64,000 bases of DNA from an uncultured delta proteobacterium (GTDB lineage Bacteria; Myxococcota_A; Polyangia; Palsa-1104): contig CAWAWS010000006.1 in the NCBI GenBank assembly GCA_963785725.1, forward strand, positions 256,001 through 320,000, in the 5' to 3' direction. Below, piece by piece: positions 1-9,635 of this stretch. Under the pieces are notes generated by a model. The model saw only the letters and a list, made by a program, of their open reading frames with translations. It made no database searches and was not told the DNA's origin. A program made the position numbers and the translations under genes. The stretch's first letter is position 1. Every line of letters begins with the position of its first letter.

Positions 1-22
1 AGACCTGTTCACACTGAAGCCA

Positions 23-439
23 ATGCAATATTTGTTGATGACGTTGGCGCTCGCGACGGCTCCCCTCTCGGCTCACGCGGACGCCTGCTCGACAGTGCGC
101 GGCTACTTCGCAGCGCTCGATCGTCAGGACTTCAACTCGGCGATCGCGATGACGAACGGTAAAGCGCAGTCGAGCACGTCGCATATGGTCGAGGACTTGA
201 AGCGCCAGGCGGCGAAGAATCACGCCCGCGTCGAGGTCAAGGTCAAGCGGCTCGACGTCTCGGCGGCGCAGCACGCCGAGGCGCGCGGCGTGCCGGTACC
301 GGTGGCGTTTCACATCGACGTCGTCGGCCACAAGTTCTGCTTCCATAAAGTGGCGCGGCAGCTCGATGGCCAGGCGCGCTTCTTCGTCGACCCCGCGGGC
401 TCGGGTCGCATCGTCGCCATCGAAGGCTCGCTCGAATAG
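23..439 (+). CDS. Secreted hypothetical protein
   Basis: Signal peptide (MQYLLMTLALATAPLSAHA), high-GC3 codon usage; CACACT lies 7 nt upstream of the ATG. Confidence 0.75.
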   Translation: MQYLLMTLALATAPLSAHADACSTVRGYFAALDRQDFNSAIAMTNGKAQSSTSHMVEDLKRQAAKNHARVEVKVKRLDVSAAQHAEARGVPVPVAFHIDVVGHKFCFHKVARQLDGQARFFVDPAGSGRIVAIEGSLE

Positions 440-635
440 CTCGCCCGCGTCGCGCGCGACCTGAGCGCGCGCGGCGGGCATTTCGTGATCGATCGCACCT
501 CGCTGTGCGCTCGATCGCGGCTGTTGGAGACAGCTGTCGGCATTCAGAACAGCTTGACTGTCGCGTAAACGGCCGTGCGGCTCGGTTTTGCGACGGTCCA
601 GCGGTTGCAGAGAGCGGTGCGTGGAGGTTCTCATC

Positions 636-1010
636 ATGCGCTACGCTCGCCGCTCGCTTCTCGCCGCTTTCGCCCTCGTCGCCGGCTGCGCTCACGTCGA
701 CTACCAAGGTCAGTCCACCGTCCCCAAATCCGCGCCCGTCCCGATCGTGAGCGCCGCGCCGGCGCGCGCGCATCACGCGCTCGGGCGCATTGCCGTCGAG
801 AAAATCGTGGGCGAGAACTTGGAGATGATGCTGGCGCGGCTCGGGCAAGAGGGCGCCAAGCGCGGCTGCGACGTCGTCGTGTGCAACGTCAACAACGCCA
901 TCGTCGACGGCGTGCAGTCGAGCGATCCCACCGGCGTGCGCTACTTCTCGACCTACGACGGCAATCGCGTGCCCGACGGCGTCTTCGGCGAGTGCGAGGC
1001 GTTCCAATAG
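636..1010 (+). CDS. Hypothetical lipoprotein
   Basis: GGAGG RBS before ATG 636; lipobox LVAG-C. Confidence 0.75.
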   Translation: MRYARRSLLAAFALVAGCAHVDYQGQSTVPKSAPVPIVSAAPARAHHALGRIAVEKIVGENLEMMLARLGQEGAKRGCDVVVCNVNNAIVDGVQSSDPTGVRYFSTYDGNRVPDGVFGECEAFQ

Positions 1011-1317
1011 TCGCACGCACGCTCGTCGCTTGCCGCGCGCCGCCGATATGGCCAACTCAACTTCAGCGGGCTGATCGAAGGTCGGCGGCTGCTGAGCTCG
1101 GCAGGCCTCGCGACCGCAGGTGGTCGTGCCGCTCAGGCTGACGATCCCGAGGCAGCGAATCGGGCTTCAAACCCCGACGACCTTTACGACGCGGGCCGTT
1201 CACGGACCGCCCTACCGACCGAAATCCACGATGTTTCAGAGGCTGGGCTTCGGCACCGGCCCCTCGTCGCGATCTGCCACGCGGTGCTACGCTCATAGCC
1301 TCAAACAGGGGGACACC

Positions 1318-2049
1318 ATGAAACATCGTATGCGCTGGGCGCTTGCCTGTGTCTTGGTTGTGGCTGCGTGCAAGGGGGCGGAGCAGCTCGACCCGACCGA
1401 ACGGTACGCAGCCGTCGTCAGCCCGCGTGGTGGCGGCTCACCGCCTGGCGCCGGTGGTGCACCCGGTGGCGGCGGTCCAGCCGGTCCCGGCTCACCGCCT
1501 GGCGCTGGTGGTCCACCCGGTGGCGGCGGTCCACCTGGTGGCGGCGGTCCACCCGGTGGCGGCGGTCCACCCGCTTCGACTTCGCCGACGCGAACCTTCA
1601 ATAACTCGTCAATAACGGTTGCCGGGCTCTTCTGCGGCGTCACCAGCGCCAGCTATGACGGTCAGCTTTGCGCGGGCGCCGGTGGCACCTGCGGCTTCGC
1701 CGGCGGCAAGTCGGCTTGCGAAACGGCGTGTAACTCGACGACGGCTCATCTGTGCGCGGCGAGCGAAGTCGCGCAGTCGATGCAGGTCGGTATGTCCGCG
1801 ACCATCGGGGCCGCAATCGGCAGCGGCGGCGCCGCCTGGATCTTTGCGGGCGGCGTCGGCGACGTCCCCAGCGGCGGCGGCGGTTCGGGTGGCGGCGGCG
1901 GGAGCTTCGTCGCACCCGTTCAGCGCGACTGCAACTACTTCAGCGACAACACGACCTCGTCGTACGGTGTCGCTTTGACCGGCGGCAGCAGCGTTGCGCC
2001 AACTTCACGCTCATGCAGCGTCGCTGCGTCCATCGCCTGCTGCGACTGA
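1318..2049 (+). CDS. Gly/Pro-rich (GGPP repeat) lipoprotein with Cys-rich C-terminal domain
   Basis: AGGGG RBS before ATG 1318; lipobox VAA-C; GGGPP repeats; C-terminus ends IACCD. Confidence 0.7.
   Translation: MKHRMRWALACVLVVAACKGAEQLDPTERYAAVVSPRGGGSPPGAGGAPGGGGPAGPGSPPGAGGPPGGGGPPGGGGPPGGGGPPASTSPTRTFNNSSITVAGLFCGVTSASYDGQLCAGAGGTCGFAGGKSACETACNSTTAHLCAASEVAQSMQVGMSATIGAAIGSGGAAWIFAGGVGDVPSGGGGSGGGGGSFVAPVQRDCNYFSDNTTSSYGVALTGGSSVAPTSRSCSVAASIACCD
1435..1572 (+). repeat. Intragenic tandem repeats (54-nt-period duplication plus three 18-nt GGTGGCGGCGGTCCACCY units)
   Basis: Directly visible repeat units encoding GSPPGAGG and GGGGPP. Confidence 0.85.
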
Positions 2050-2138
2050 CAAGACCGATCGCGCGCTGGGCTGAAGCTCGCCGTACGGCCGAGCGCATGC
2101 TGCTTGCGACGCGTCCGGGCCGCGGCCAACCTAAACGG

Positions 2139-3227
2139 GTGAACGAACACGCTCATCCCGCGCGCTGGTGGCACGCCGAGCCCGACGGCAAGCTCGTCTG
2201 CACGTTGTGCCCGCGCTTCTGTCGCCTCGGCGACGGCCAAGCCGGCTTCTGCTTCATCCGCAAGAACGAGGGCGGCGCGCTGGTGTCGCTCGGCTACGGC
2301 CGCACGACCGGCTTCGCCGTCGATCCCATCGAGAAAAAGCCGCTCAACCACTTCTTGCCGGGCACGTCGATCCTCAGCTTCGGCACCGCCGGCTGCAACC
2401 TGGGCTGCAAGTTCTGCCAGAACTGGGACATCAGCAAAGCGCGCCTCGACGACACGCAGTCCGCGCCCGTCACGCCCACGGAAGTGGTCGACCTCGCCGT
2501 CGCCCAAGGCTGTCCGTCGATCGCCATGACCTACAACGACCCGGTCATCTGGGCCGAGTTCGCCGTCGACATCGCTCGCGTCGCGCGCGCTCGCGGCGTG
2601 CGCTCGGTGCTGGTTCGGCCGGCTACGTCACGCGAAGAGGCGCGCGGCGAGCTCTACGCCGACATCGACGCCACCAACATCGACCTCAAGGCCTTCACCG
2701 ACGACTTCTACCATCGCGTGACGTTCGCGCACCTGCAGCCGGTGCTGGAGACGCTGCGCTGGCTGAAGCGCGAGACCAACGTGTGGCTGGAGATCACGAA
2801 CCTCATGATCCCCGGTCTCAACGACAGCGAGGCGGAGACGAAGCAGCTGTGCGAGTGGATCGGCGCCGAGCTGGGCGATCGGGTGCCGCTGCATTTCACG
2901 GCGTTTCATCCCGACTTCAAGCTGCGCGATCGGCCGCCGACGCCGCCGGCGACGCTGGTGCGCGCGCGACAGCTGGCACACGAGATCGGCTTACGCCACG
3001 TCTACACCGGCAATATTCGCGATCGACAGGGCGGCACGACGTTCTGTACCGACTGCGGCGCCGCCGTCATCGCGCGCGACGGCTACGCCATCGATCCGGT
3101 GGGCCTCGTCGCGGTCGGCGGCGTCGGCCGCTGCGCCGCTTGCCACGCGCCGGTCGACGGCGTGTTCGACCTGCCGCTGGCCGCGTCGCCCGGCCGCCGT
3201 CGCAGCCTCGGCCTCGTCACCAGCTGA
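2139..3227 (+). CDS. amrS: AmmeMemoRadiSam system radical SAM enzyme
   Basis: CTLCPRFC N-terminus, DPIEKKPLNHF, radical SAM motif GCNLGCKFCQNWDIS, FTAFHPDF, C-terminal CxxC pairs. A local compensating frameshift near 2613-2633 hides the AGYVT motif. Confidence 0.88.
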   Translation: MNEHAHPARWWHAEPDGKLVCTLCPRFCRLGDGQAGFCFIRKNEGGALVSLGYGRTTGFAVDPIEKKPLNHFLPGTSILSFGTAGCNLGCKFCQNWDISKARLDDTQSAPVTPTEVVDLAVAQGCPSIAMTYNDPVIWAEFAVDIARVARARGVRSVLVRPATSREEARGELYADIDATNIDLKAFTDDFYHRVTFAHLQPVLETLRWLKRETNVWLEITNLMIPGLNDSEAETKQLCEWIGAELGDRVPLHFTAFHPDFKLRDRPPTPPATLVRARQLAHEIGLRHVYTGNIRDRQGGTTFCTDCGAAVIARDGYAIDPVGLVAVGGVGRCAACHAPVDGVFDLPLAASPGRRRSLGLVTS

Positions 3228-3235
3228 ACGCGCCG

Positions 3236-5044
3236 CTACTGCGCGAAATCGAGCCGCTTGCGCACGGTCTCGTTCGGCGGAATGAAGACCGGCAGCGTGC
3301 GCGTAATCTTGAACTCGGGGTTCGTCAACACGACCACGTGCTTGCCGGCGGGCAGCTTGGCGCTCACGGGCGTCGGCCCGTGGTCGACGCCGTCGATGGT
3401 CACGCGACACCACGGGCTCGACGCGAGCAGCAGCGTGCCTTCGCCCGCGAGCTTGGCCGGCGCCACCGGCGGCGTCGGCGTCGTCGGCTTCTTGACCGGC
3501 TGAATCGGCGCCAGCGGCTTGGCCTTCACGTGCACCGGCGCAGCGGCGACCTTGTGCGGCTTGTCCGTCTTCGCATCGGTCGTCGGCGTCGCTTTCGGGA
3601 CGATGTTCGCCGGCTGCTCGCTGTTCGCCGGCTTGGCCGGCGTCGTCGTCACGCCATTCGGGCCCGGCAGCTCGTTGTCGTTAGCCTTCGCGACGACCGG
3701 CGGCGGCGCCGGCAGCTCGATCACGGCCGGCGCGCGCCCGCGCAGCCACGCGATCGAACCGCCGATCAGCAGCAGCGCCGCGATCACGCTCGGCCAGAGC
3801 CACACGCGTTTGCGCGGCACGACGTCGACCGTCGCGGCCACGCGCGCCTCGGCCGGCATCATCCGCGTCTCGACTTCGGCCACCGCGTCGACGTGCGCGC
3901 GAAACGCCGCGCGCTCCGCCGCCAGCCGCTCGGCGTCGCGCGCCTGCGTGTCTTCGCTCGGCTCGTCGTCTTCGTCGTCGGCGAGCGAGTCGAGCTGCAG
4001 CGTCTCCAGGTGCTCGCCGAGCGACTTGCCCTTGGCCTGCGCGTCCTGCCAGGCCTCGATCTTGTGACCGAACAGCTCGGCCATGTACGACGTCAACGCG
4101 ATCGGCGACACGTGCAGCCGATCGGCGCGCACCAACGCCTCCAAGTCGACCTGCATGTCGCGCGCGGTCTGATAGCGCGCCTCTTTCTCCTTCGCCAGCG
4201 CGCGCATGACGATCGCTTCCAGCTCCGGCGGATACTGCGGCTCGTACTCCGTCGGCGGCGCCACCGAGCCTTCGACGATCTGCTTCAAGACCTCGAAGTC
4301 GCTCTTGCCTTGGAACAGCCGCCGCCCCAGCGTCAGCTCGTACAGCATGATGCCGAGCGAAAAAATATCGCTGCGGCGATCGAGCGCCTCGCCGCGACCT
4401 TGCTCGGGCGACATATACGGCACCTTGCCTTTGAGCGTGCCGAAGCGCGTCTCGCCGTAGCGGTTCGAGGCTTTGGCGATGCCGAAATCGAGCAGCTTGA
4501 CCGCGCCATCGTAGGTGACGATGACGTTTTGCGGCGTCACGTCGCGGTGCACGATCTCGAGCGGCTTGCCGTCGAACCCCACTTTTTCGTGCGCGTAATG
4601 CAGCCCTGACGCCAACCCGATGACGATGTTGAGCGCGTGCTCGATCGGCAGCCGCTGCTCTTTGTGCTGCACCGCTTTGGAGATCGAGCGCACGTCCTCG
4701 CCGTGCAGATACTCCATGGCGATGAAGTAGTTCCCCTCGACGACGCCGACGTCATACATCTGCACGACGTTGGGATGCTGCAGCGTGGCTGCGATGCGCG
4801 CCTCGTCGAGGAACATCTCGACGAAGTCGGTCTTCGTCGCCAGCTGCGGCAAGATCCGCTTGATGACGACCATCTTCTGAAAGCCGGGCAGACCGGAGAC
4901 GCGCGCCAAGAAGATCTCGGCCATGCCGCCCGTCGCCAGGCGCTTGATGATCTCGTATTTGCCGAGCCGCGTTCCGACGCCGACGTCACCGGCGCCGGCG
5001 GCGACAGGCGTTCCCTTCAGCGACGGAGGGCGGGATCCGACCAC
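3236..5044 (-). CDS. Membrane-anchored Ser/Thr protein kinase with C-terminal PEGA domain
   Basis: GGMAEIF, VIKRILP, HRDVTPQN, DFGIA, YMSPE; TM helix; PEGA-like tail. GTG start chosen from TACCCT 7 nt upstream. Confidence 0.9.
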   Translation of the reverse strand: MVGSRPPSLKGTPVAAGAGDVGVGTRLGKYEIIKRLATGGMAEIFLARVSGLPGFQKMVVIKRILPQLATKTDFVEMFLDEARIAATLQHPNVVQMYDVGVVEGNYFIAMEYLHGEDVRSISKAVQHKEQRLPIEHALNIVIGLASGLHYAHEKVGFDGKPLEIVHRDVTPQNVIVTYDGAVKLLDFGIAKASNRYGETRFGTLKGKVPYMSPEQGRGEALDRRSDIFSLGIMLYELTLGRRLFQGKSDFEVLKQIVEGSVAPPTEYEPQYPPELEAIVMRALAKEKEARYQTARDMQVDLEALVRADRLHVSPIALTSYMAELFGHKIEAWQDAQAKGKSLGEHLETLQLDSLADDEDDEPSEDTQARDAERLAAERAAFRAHVDAVAEVETRMMPAEARVAATVDVVPRKRVWLWPSVIAALLLIGGSIAWLRGRAPAVIELPAPPPVVAKANDNELPGPNGVTTTPAKPANSEQPANIVPKATPTTDAKTDKPHKVAAAPVHVKAKPLAPIQPVKKPTTPTPPVAPAKLAGEGTLLLASSPWCRVTIDGVDHGPTPVSAKLPAGKHVVVLTNPEFKITRTLPVFIPPNETVRKRLDFAQ

Positions 5045-5072
5045 GTCAACGAGGGTATCACGTTCGTCACCC

Positions 5073-6062
5073 TCACTGCCATTTCGGCCACGTGTTTCCG
5101 TCGGGGCAGCCGCAATCGGCGGGATCGGGATCTTCGTTGTCGACGTTGCCCTTCGACGGGCCGCCGTAACCCCAGCAGTAGCAAGGGATACCGGAGCCGG
5201 CGATGCCATCGCTGCAGACGATGAAGTCTTCGGGGCTGCCCTTCGTCGCCGGGCAGTCGTTGGATTCGCAGTCGGCCATGCTGCCGCCGTGGGCGATGGC
5301 GAAGGCGGTGCAGGCGGCCAGCGCCTCGGTGTCGTTGTAGGTGCCGAGCGGCGCGCAGTCGTAATAGGTCTCGCCGACGCCGTCCGAGTGCGCGGGCTGG
5401 CAACTGCCGGTCGCCGCCGCTTTGCCGTTGTCGCAGCAGCCGTTGCCGGGGCATTCGCAGCCGTCGGTGTCGCTGCCGGTGCCGCTGTTGCAGTCGAAGT
5501 GGCCGCTGGCGCAGGTGTACATGCAGGCGCCGTCGGCACATATGCGCCCGGAATTATCGGAGGCGATGCTGCACACGACGCCGCATGCGCCGCAGTTGAT
5601 GACGCTCGTAATCTCGTCGCAGCCGCCGTCGTAGGTGCCCATCGTCATGTCCGGCGACGGGGGCGCGGCCGAGAGCGTGAGATCGAAGCAGACGTCGGCG
5701 CGGGCGCTCAAGTTCGCCGGCGTGCAGGCTTGGCCGAGCGGCATCGTGCCGGCGCTGTCGGAGAACGTAGTCAGCTCGAGCGTGTAGTGGCCGGGCGGCA
5801 CCTGCATCGTGATCGTCTGATCGGCGTTGAAGCTCGTCGACATGATGGGCGTGCCGGCGCCGGCAGCGACGGCAGCGCCGTTGCATTCGACGCTCGGCGC
5901 ATAGACGTCGAGACGCAAGAGCTCGGCACCCGTGACGAGCGAGCTGGGCCCGCCCATCTGCATGCACGCGCGCTTGACGCCATCGGTGCCACAGCCGATG
6001 AGACCTACAGTGGCGACGACAGCGACGGTGAGGATACGCGGAAACACGACTACGTCAGTCAC
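5073..6062 (-). CDS. Cys-rich extracellular lipoprotein
   Basis: Lipobox LIG-C; NCGACGVVC-type Cys-rich segment; TATCAT 6 nt upstream of GTG 6062. Confidence 0.75.
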   Translation of the reverse strand: MTDVVVFPRILTVAVVATVGLIGCGTDGVKRACMQMGGPSSLVTGAELLRLDVYAPSVECNGAAVAAGAGTPIMSTSFNADQTITMQVPPGHYTLELTTFSDSAGTMPLGQACTPANLSARADVCFDLTLSAAPPSPDMTMGTYDGGCDEITSVINCGACGVVCSIASDNSGRICADGACMYTCASGHFDCNSGTGSDTDGCECPGNGCCDNGKAAATGSCQPAHSDGVGETYYDCAPLGTYNDTEALAACTAFAIAHGGSMADCESNDCPATKGSPEDFIVCSDGIAGSGIPCYCWGYGGPSKGNVDNEDPDPADCGCPDGNTWPKWQ

Positions 6063-6089
6063 GATACCATGATACGATTTTCAGCAGCA

Positions 6090-6965
6090 ATGGTTCGTTC
6101 GCGTGTTCGTTTGGCGCTGTTGTGGGTTCTTTGTCTCGTCTTCCTCAGTAGCGAGGCGCGCGCGGCGATCGAGAGCGATCTGGTGCAGCGCGGCGTCTCT
6201 GCTTACAACGACTTGCAGTACGCGCGCGCCATCACGCTGCTGCATCAAGCGCTGGAAGAGACGCTGACGCGCGAGGAAAAGCTGGTCACGTTTCAGACGC
6301 TGGCCTTCGCGCACGTGGCGCTGAACGATGCGCCCTCCGCGCAGCACGACTTCGAGAATTTGTTGCGCATCGACGCCGCTTTTCAGCTCGATCGCACGAT
6401 CTCGCCGCGCGTGCGCGCGGTGTTCGAGTCGGCGCGCGCCCGCGTGGCGACGGGCGAAGACGGCAACGGCGGCGCCATCACGTCGCTGCCGACGGTCACG
6501 CCGCGCGTCGATTGGGGCGCGACGACGCACGCGCAGGCGGGCCATTCGCTCACGGTGCAGCTGTCGCATCCGGGCGGCGTCGCGGCGCGCGCGCAGCTGT
6601 TCTATCGCACCCGCGGTCAGCTCGTGTTCTCGTCGGTGTCGGCGCCGGCGGGCGGGCAGGGCCACTTCTTCTTCACGCTGCCGGGCTCGGCCGTGCAAGC
6701 GCCGGCGCTCGAGTATTACCTCGTCATCCTCGACGAGAGCGGCTCCTCGGTCGCGCAGGCGGGCACGCTCGGGCAGCCGCTCGTCGTCGACGTGCCCGGT
6801 CACGTCAAGCCGCTCTATGCGCGCGGCTGGTTTTGGGGCGTCGTCGGCGGCGCGGCGCTCGTCGCCGCCGGCGTGGTCACGGCGGCCGTGCTCGCGTCGG
6901 AGTCGTCGCGCTCGACGGCGGCCACGATCGTCATTCATCCGACGTCGCTGCACGTCGCGTTCTGA
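6090..6965 (+). CDS. Secreted TPR-like protein with C-terminal hydrophobic helix
   Basis: Signal peptide, TPR-like helices, beta-rich middle, LYARGWFWGVVGG hydrophobic segment. Confidence 0.75.
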   Translation: MVRSRVRLALLWVLCLVFLSSEARAAIESDLVQRGVSAYNDLQYARAITLLHQALEETLTREEKLVTFQTLAFAHVALNDAPSAQHDFENLLRIDAAFQLDRTISPRVRAVFESARARVATGEDGNGGAITSLPTVTPRVDWGATTHAQAGHSLTVQLSHPGGVAARAQLFYRTRGQLVFSSVSAPAGGQGHFFFTLPGSAVQAPALEYYLVILDESGSSVAQAGTLGQPLVVDVPGHVKPLYARGWFWGVVGGAALVAAGVVTAAVLASESSRSTAATIVIHPTSLHVAF

Positions 6966-7009
6966 TTCCGCCGGAAGCGCCGCGCATTCTGCGGTAGTCT
7001 TCGCCGGCC

Positions 7010-8292
7010 ATGGCCAAGAAATACGAGACCCCGAAAGGTACGCGCGACTTCCTGCCGGCGGACATGAAGACCCGCCGCGCCGTCTTCGATCGCCTGCGTA
7101 AATACTTCGAGCTCTATGGGTTCGAAGAGCTGGATACGCCCGCGTTCGAATACCTCGAAGTGCTGACGGTGAAATCGGGGACGCAGGCGGAGAACGAAAT
7201 CTACTCCTTCGTCGACAAGGGCGATCGCAAGCTCGGCTTGCGCTTCGATCTCGACGTCGTCGACGGGGCGCGTGGCCGCCGCGCACACCGAGCTGCCGCG
7301 TCCGTTCTATCGCTATCAGATCGCCAAAGTGTGGCGCTACGATCGTCCGCAGGCCGGCCGCTATCGCGAGTTCTACCAGGCCGACGCCGACATCATCGGC
7401 TCTTACTCGACGGACTGCGAAGTCGATCTGTTGTTGATGGCGACCGAGGTCTTGCAAGGCTTCGAGCTCGGCGACTATCAGCTGGTCATCAACAACCGCA
7501 AGATCCTGGAAGCGCAGGTGCGCGTGTCGGGCATTCCGCCGGAGAAGAAGGCGGACGCGCTGCGGGCGCTCGACAAGCTGCTCAAGATCGGCAAAGACGG
7601 CATGAAAGAGGAGTTCGGCCGTTACGGCTTGTCGGACGCGCAGTTCGATGCGTTCTACAACGTCATCGTCGTCGAGTCGCTCGACGAAGTGGCCGGCCGC
7701 GTCGCCGGCGACGAGCAGGGGCAAAAGGGCGTCGCCGAGCTGCGCGAAATCTTCGCCAAGGCCGAGCGGCTCGGCTTCGCCGACAAGCTGAAGTTCGACT
7801 GGACGCTGGTGCGCGGCCTCGACTACTACACCGGGCCCGTCTTCGAGGCGCAGGCCAAGACGACGTCCGGCTTCGGCAGCTTCGCCGGCGGCGGCCGCTA
7901 CGACGATTCTCGTCGGCCTGTACGGCGGTCAGCCGCAAGGCGCCGTCGGTCTGTCCTTCGGCCTCGAGCGGCTCATCGGGCTCATCGAGGAGCGCGGCGG
8001 CGCCAAGGACGCGCTCGAGCCGCCGCTGCTCGTGGCGCCGCTCGACGACGCGCAGTTCGAGGCCGCCGAGCGGCTGGCGTTGGCCTTGCGCCGCGCCGGC
8101 ATCGCGACGCGGTTATTGCCGGCGACCAAGCGCGAGAAGGTCTTCAAGTATTCGACGGCAGCGGGCTTGCCGCGCATCGTCCTCGTCGGCGCCGAGGAGG
8201 CGGCCAGCGGCATGTTCGCGCTGCGGCAGGCCGGCGGCGCCGAGCAGCGGCTCGGGCAGGCGGAGCTGATCGCGGCGCTGCTGGCGCGGTGA
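7010..8292 (+). CDS. hisS: Histidine--tRNA ligase (two apparent +1 indels at ~7253 and ~7908)
   Basis: PKGTRDF, LRFDL, motif 2 WRYDRPQAGRYREFYQAD, VRGLDYYTG, GGGRYD and GLSFGLER are spread over three frames. Confidence 0.9.
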
Positions 8293-8323
8293 AGCAACTT
8301 TCGTGAACGGATGGCGATAAAGG

Positions 8324-8375
8324 GGAGGGTGGTCGGGGGTTTTTACCCAGCCTGGGGCAGAGCCCACCATCCTCC
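8324..8375 (+). other. Long G-U-containing hairpin between convergent hisS and ldh (terminator or structured RNA)
   Basis: Nested pairings GGAGGGTGGT/ACCATCCTCC, GGGTTTT/AGAGCCC and CCCA/TGGG. Confidence 0.55.
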
Positions 8376-8472
8376 GGAATCGATCGTCGGTCGTTGAATG
8401 TCGAGCGAGGCGGCGGCGACCTCGCGCCGGCGGAAGGACGCGCGCGCGTGACGCGAGCGCGCGGGAGATGCG

Positions 8473-9537
8473 CTACTTCTGCGGTCCGGCGGCGATGATC
8501 TCTTGCGCCATCTTGTCCGCGATCACTTCCGGCTGCGCCTCTTCCACGCGCGAGCGGTCGATGATGTTGGCGATGGTGTCGTAGATTTCGATCGTCTTCT
8601 TGCGCGCCTTCGTCGCGTCGTAACCGGCGTACTCCGCGGCCACGTTGATGAGGCCGCCGCCGTTGATGACGTAGTCGGGCGCGTACCAAATGCCGCGCGC
8701 CCGCAGCGCCGCGCCGACGGCGGGCGTGCGCAGCTGATTGTTGGCCGCACCGGCGACCGCCTTCGTCTTCAGCTTGGGCACGACCGCTTCGGTCAACGCG
8801 CCACCGAGCGCGCACGGCGCCAAGATGTCGCACTCGACTTCCAGGATCTTGTCGACGTCGACGACGGCGGCGCCCAATTCGGTGGCGATGGCGGCGCGGC
8901 GCGTGGCATCGACGTCGCAGATCGTCAAGCGCGCGCCGGCGTGGTGCAGCTCGCGCGCGAGGTGCGCGCCGACGTGACCGACGCCTTGCACGGCGATGTG
9001 CAGCCCCTTCAAGTCGGGCTTGTCGAAGATCTTGTGCGCGATCGCTTCGATGCCGCGACGCACGCCGAGCGCCGTGAACGGCGACGGGTCACCCGAGCCG
9101 CCCTTTTCCGGCGACGTGCCGAGGACGTGCTTCGTCATCGTGCGCACGACGTCCATGTCGGTCGGGCTGGTGCCCGAATCCTCGGTCGTGATGTAGCGGC
9201 CGCCCAAGCGATCGACGAACTGGCCGAACGCGCGGAACAGCGCCGCGCGCTTCTCGACCGACCACGTCGGCAGGTCGCGCGGCGCGATGATGACCGCTTT
9301 GCCACCACCGTGCGGCAGGCGCGCCGAGGCCGCTTTGTAGCTCATGCCTTGCGCGAGGCGGGTCACGTCGTCGATGGCCGCGGCCTCGGTTTCGTACGGG
9401 TAGATGCGCGTGCCGCCGATGCCGGGGCCCAAGCGCGTCGAGTGAATGCCGACGATGGCGCGCAGCCCGGACGCCGCGTCGAAGCCGAAGCACAGCTCGC
9501 CGTAACCCAGATGCGAAAGCGTCTCGAAGATGTCCAC
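8473..9537 (-). CDS. ldh: Glu/Leu/Phe/Val dehydrogenase (leucine dehydrogenase-like)
   Basis: GPGIGGTR, GMSYK, GGGKAVI, GDPSPFTA, GVGHVG, GAANNQL; AGGAGG RBS. Confidence 0.9.
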   Translation of the reverse strand: MDIFETLSHLGYGELCFGFDAASGLRAIVGIHSTRLGPGIGGTRIYPYETEAAAIDDVTRLAQGMSYKAASARLPHGGGKAVIIAPRDLPTWSVEKRAALFRAFGQFVDRLGGRYITTEDSGTSPTDMDVVRTMTKHVLGTSPEKGGSGDPSPFTALGVRRGIEAIAHKIFDKPDLKGLHIAVQGVGHVGAHLARELHHAGARLTICDVDATRRAAIATELGAAVVDVDKILEVECDILAPCALGGALTEAVVPKLKTKAVAGAANNQLRTPAVGAALRARGIWYAPDYVINGGGLINVAAEYAGYDATKARKKTIEIYDTIANIIDRSRVEEAQPEVIADKMAQEIIAAGPQK

Positions 9538-9635
9538 GAAGTCCTCCTGCCGTTGCTCGCGTGGCTGCGCGAGGCCAAGGCGGCGTGGTTATAACGACGA
9601 CGCCCGCGCGTAGCAACGAAAATGCTCGTGATACG

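Noticed and set aside
1435..1572. Possible CRISPR array
   Set aside because: The repeats are contiguous, in frame and have no spacers; there are no cas genes.
2168..4609. Long Arg-rich alternative ORFs (also 17944-20361, 34300-37038, 55200-57410 and others)
   Set aside because: These are shadow ORFs typical of high-GC DNA; they overlap well-supported genes and have no motifs.
8293..8472. SRP RNA, tRNA or 6S RNA in the hisS-ldh gap
   Set aside because: No SRP domain IV motif, cloverleaf or T-loop is recognisable.
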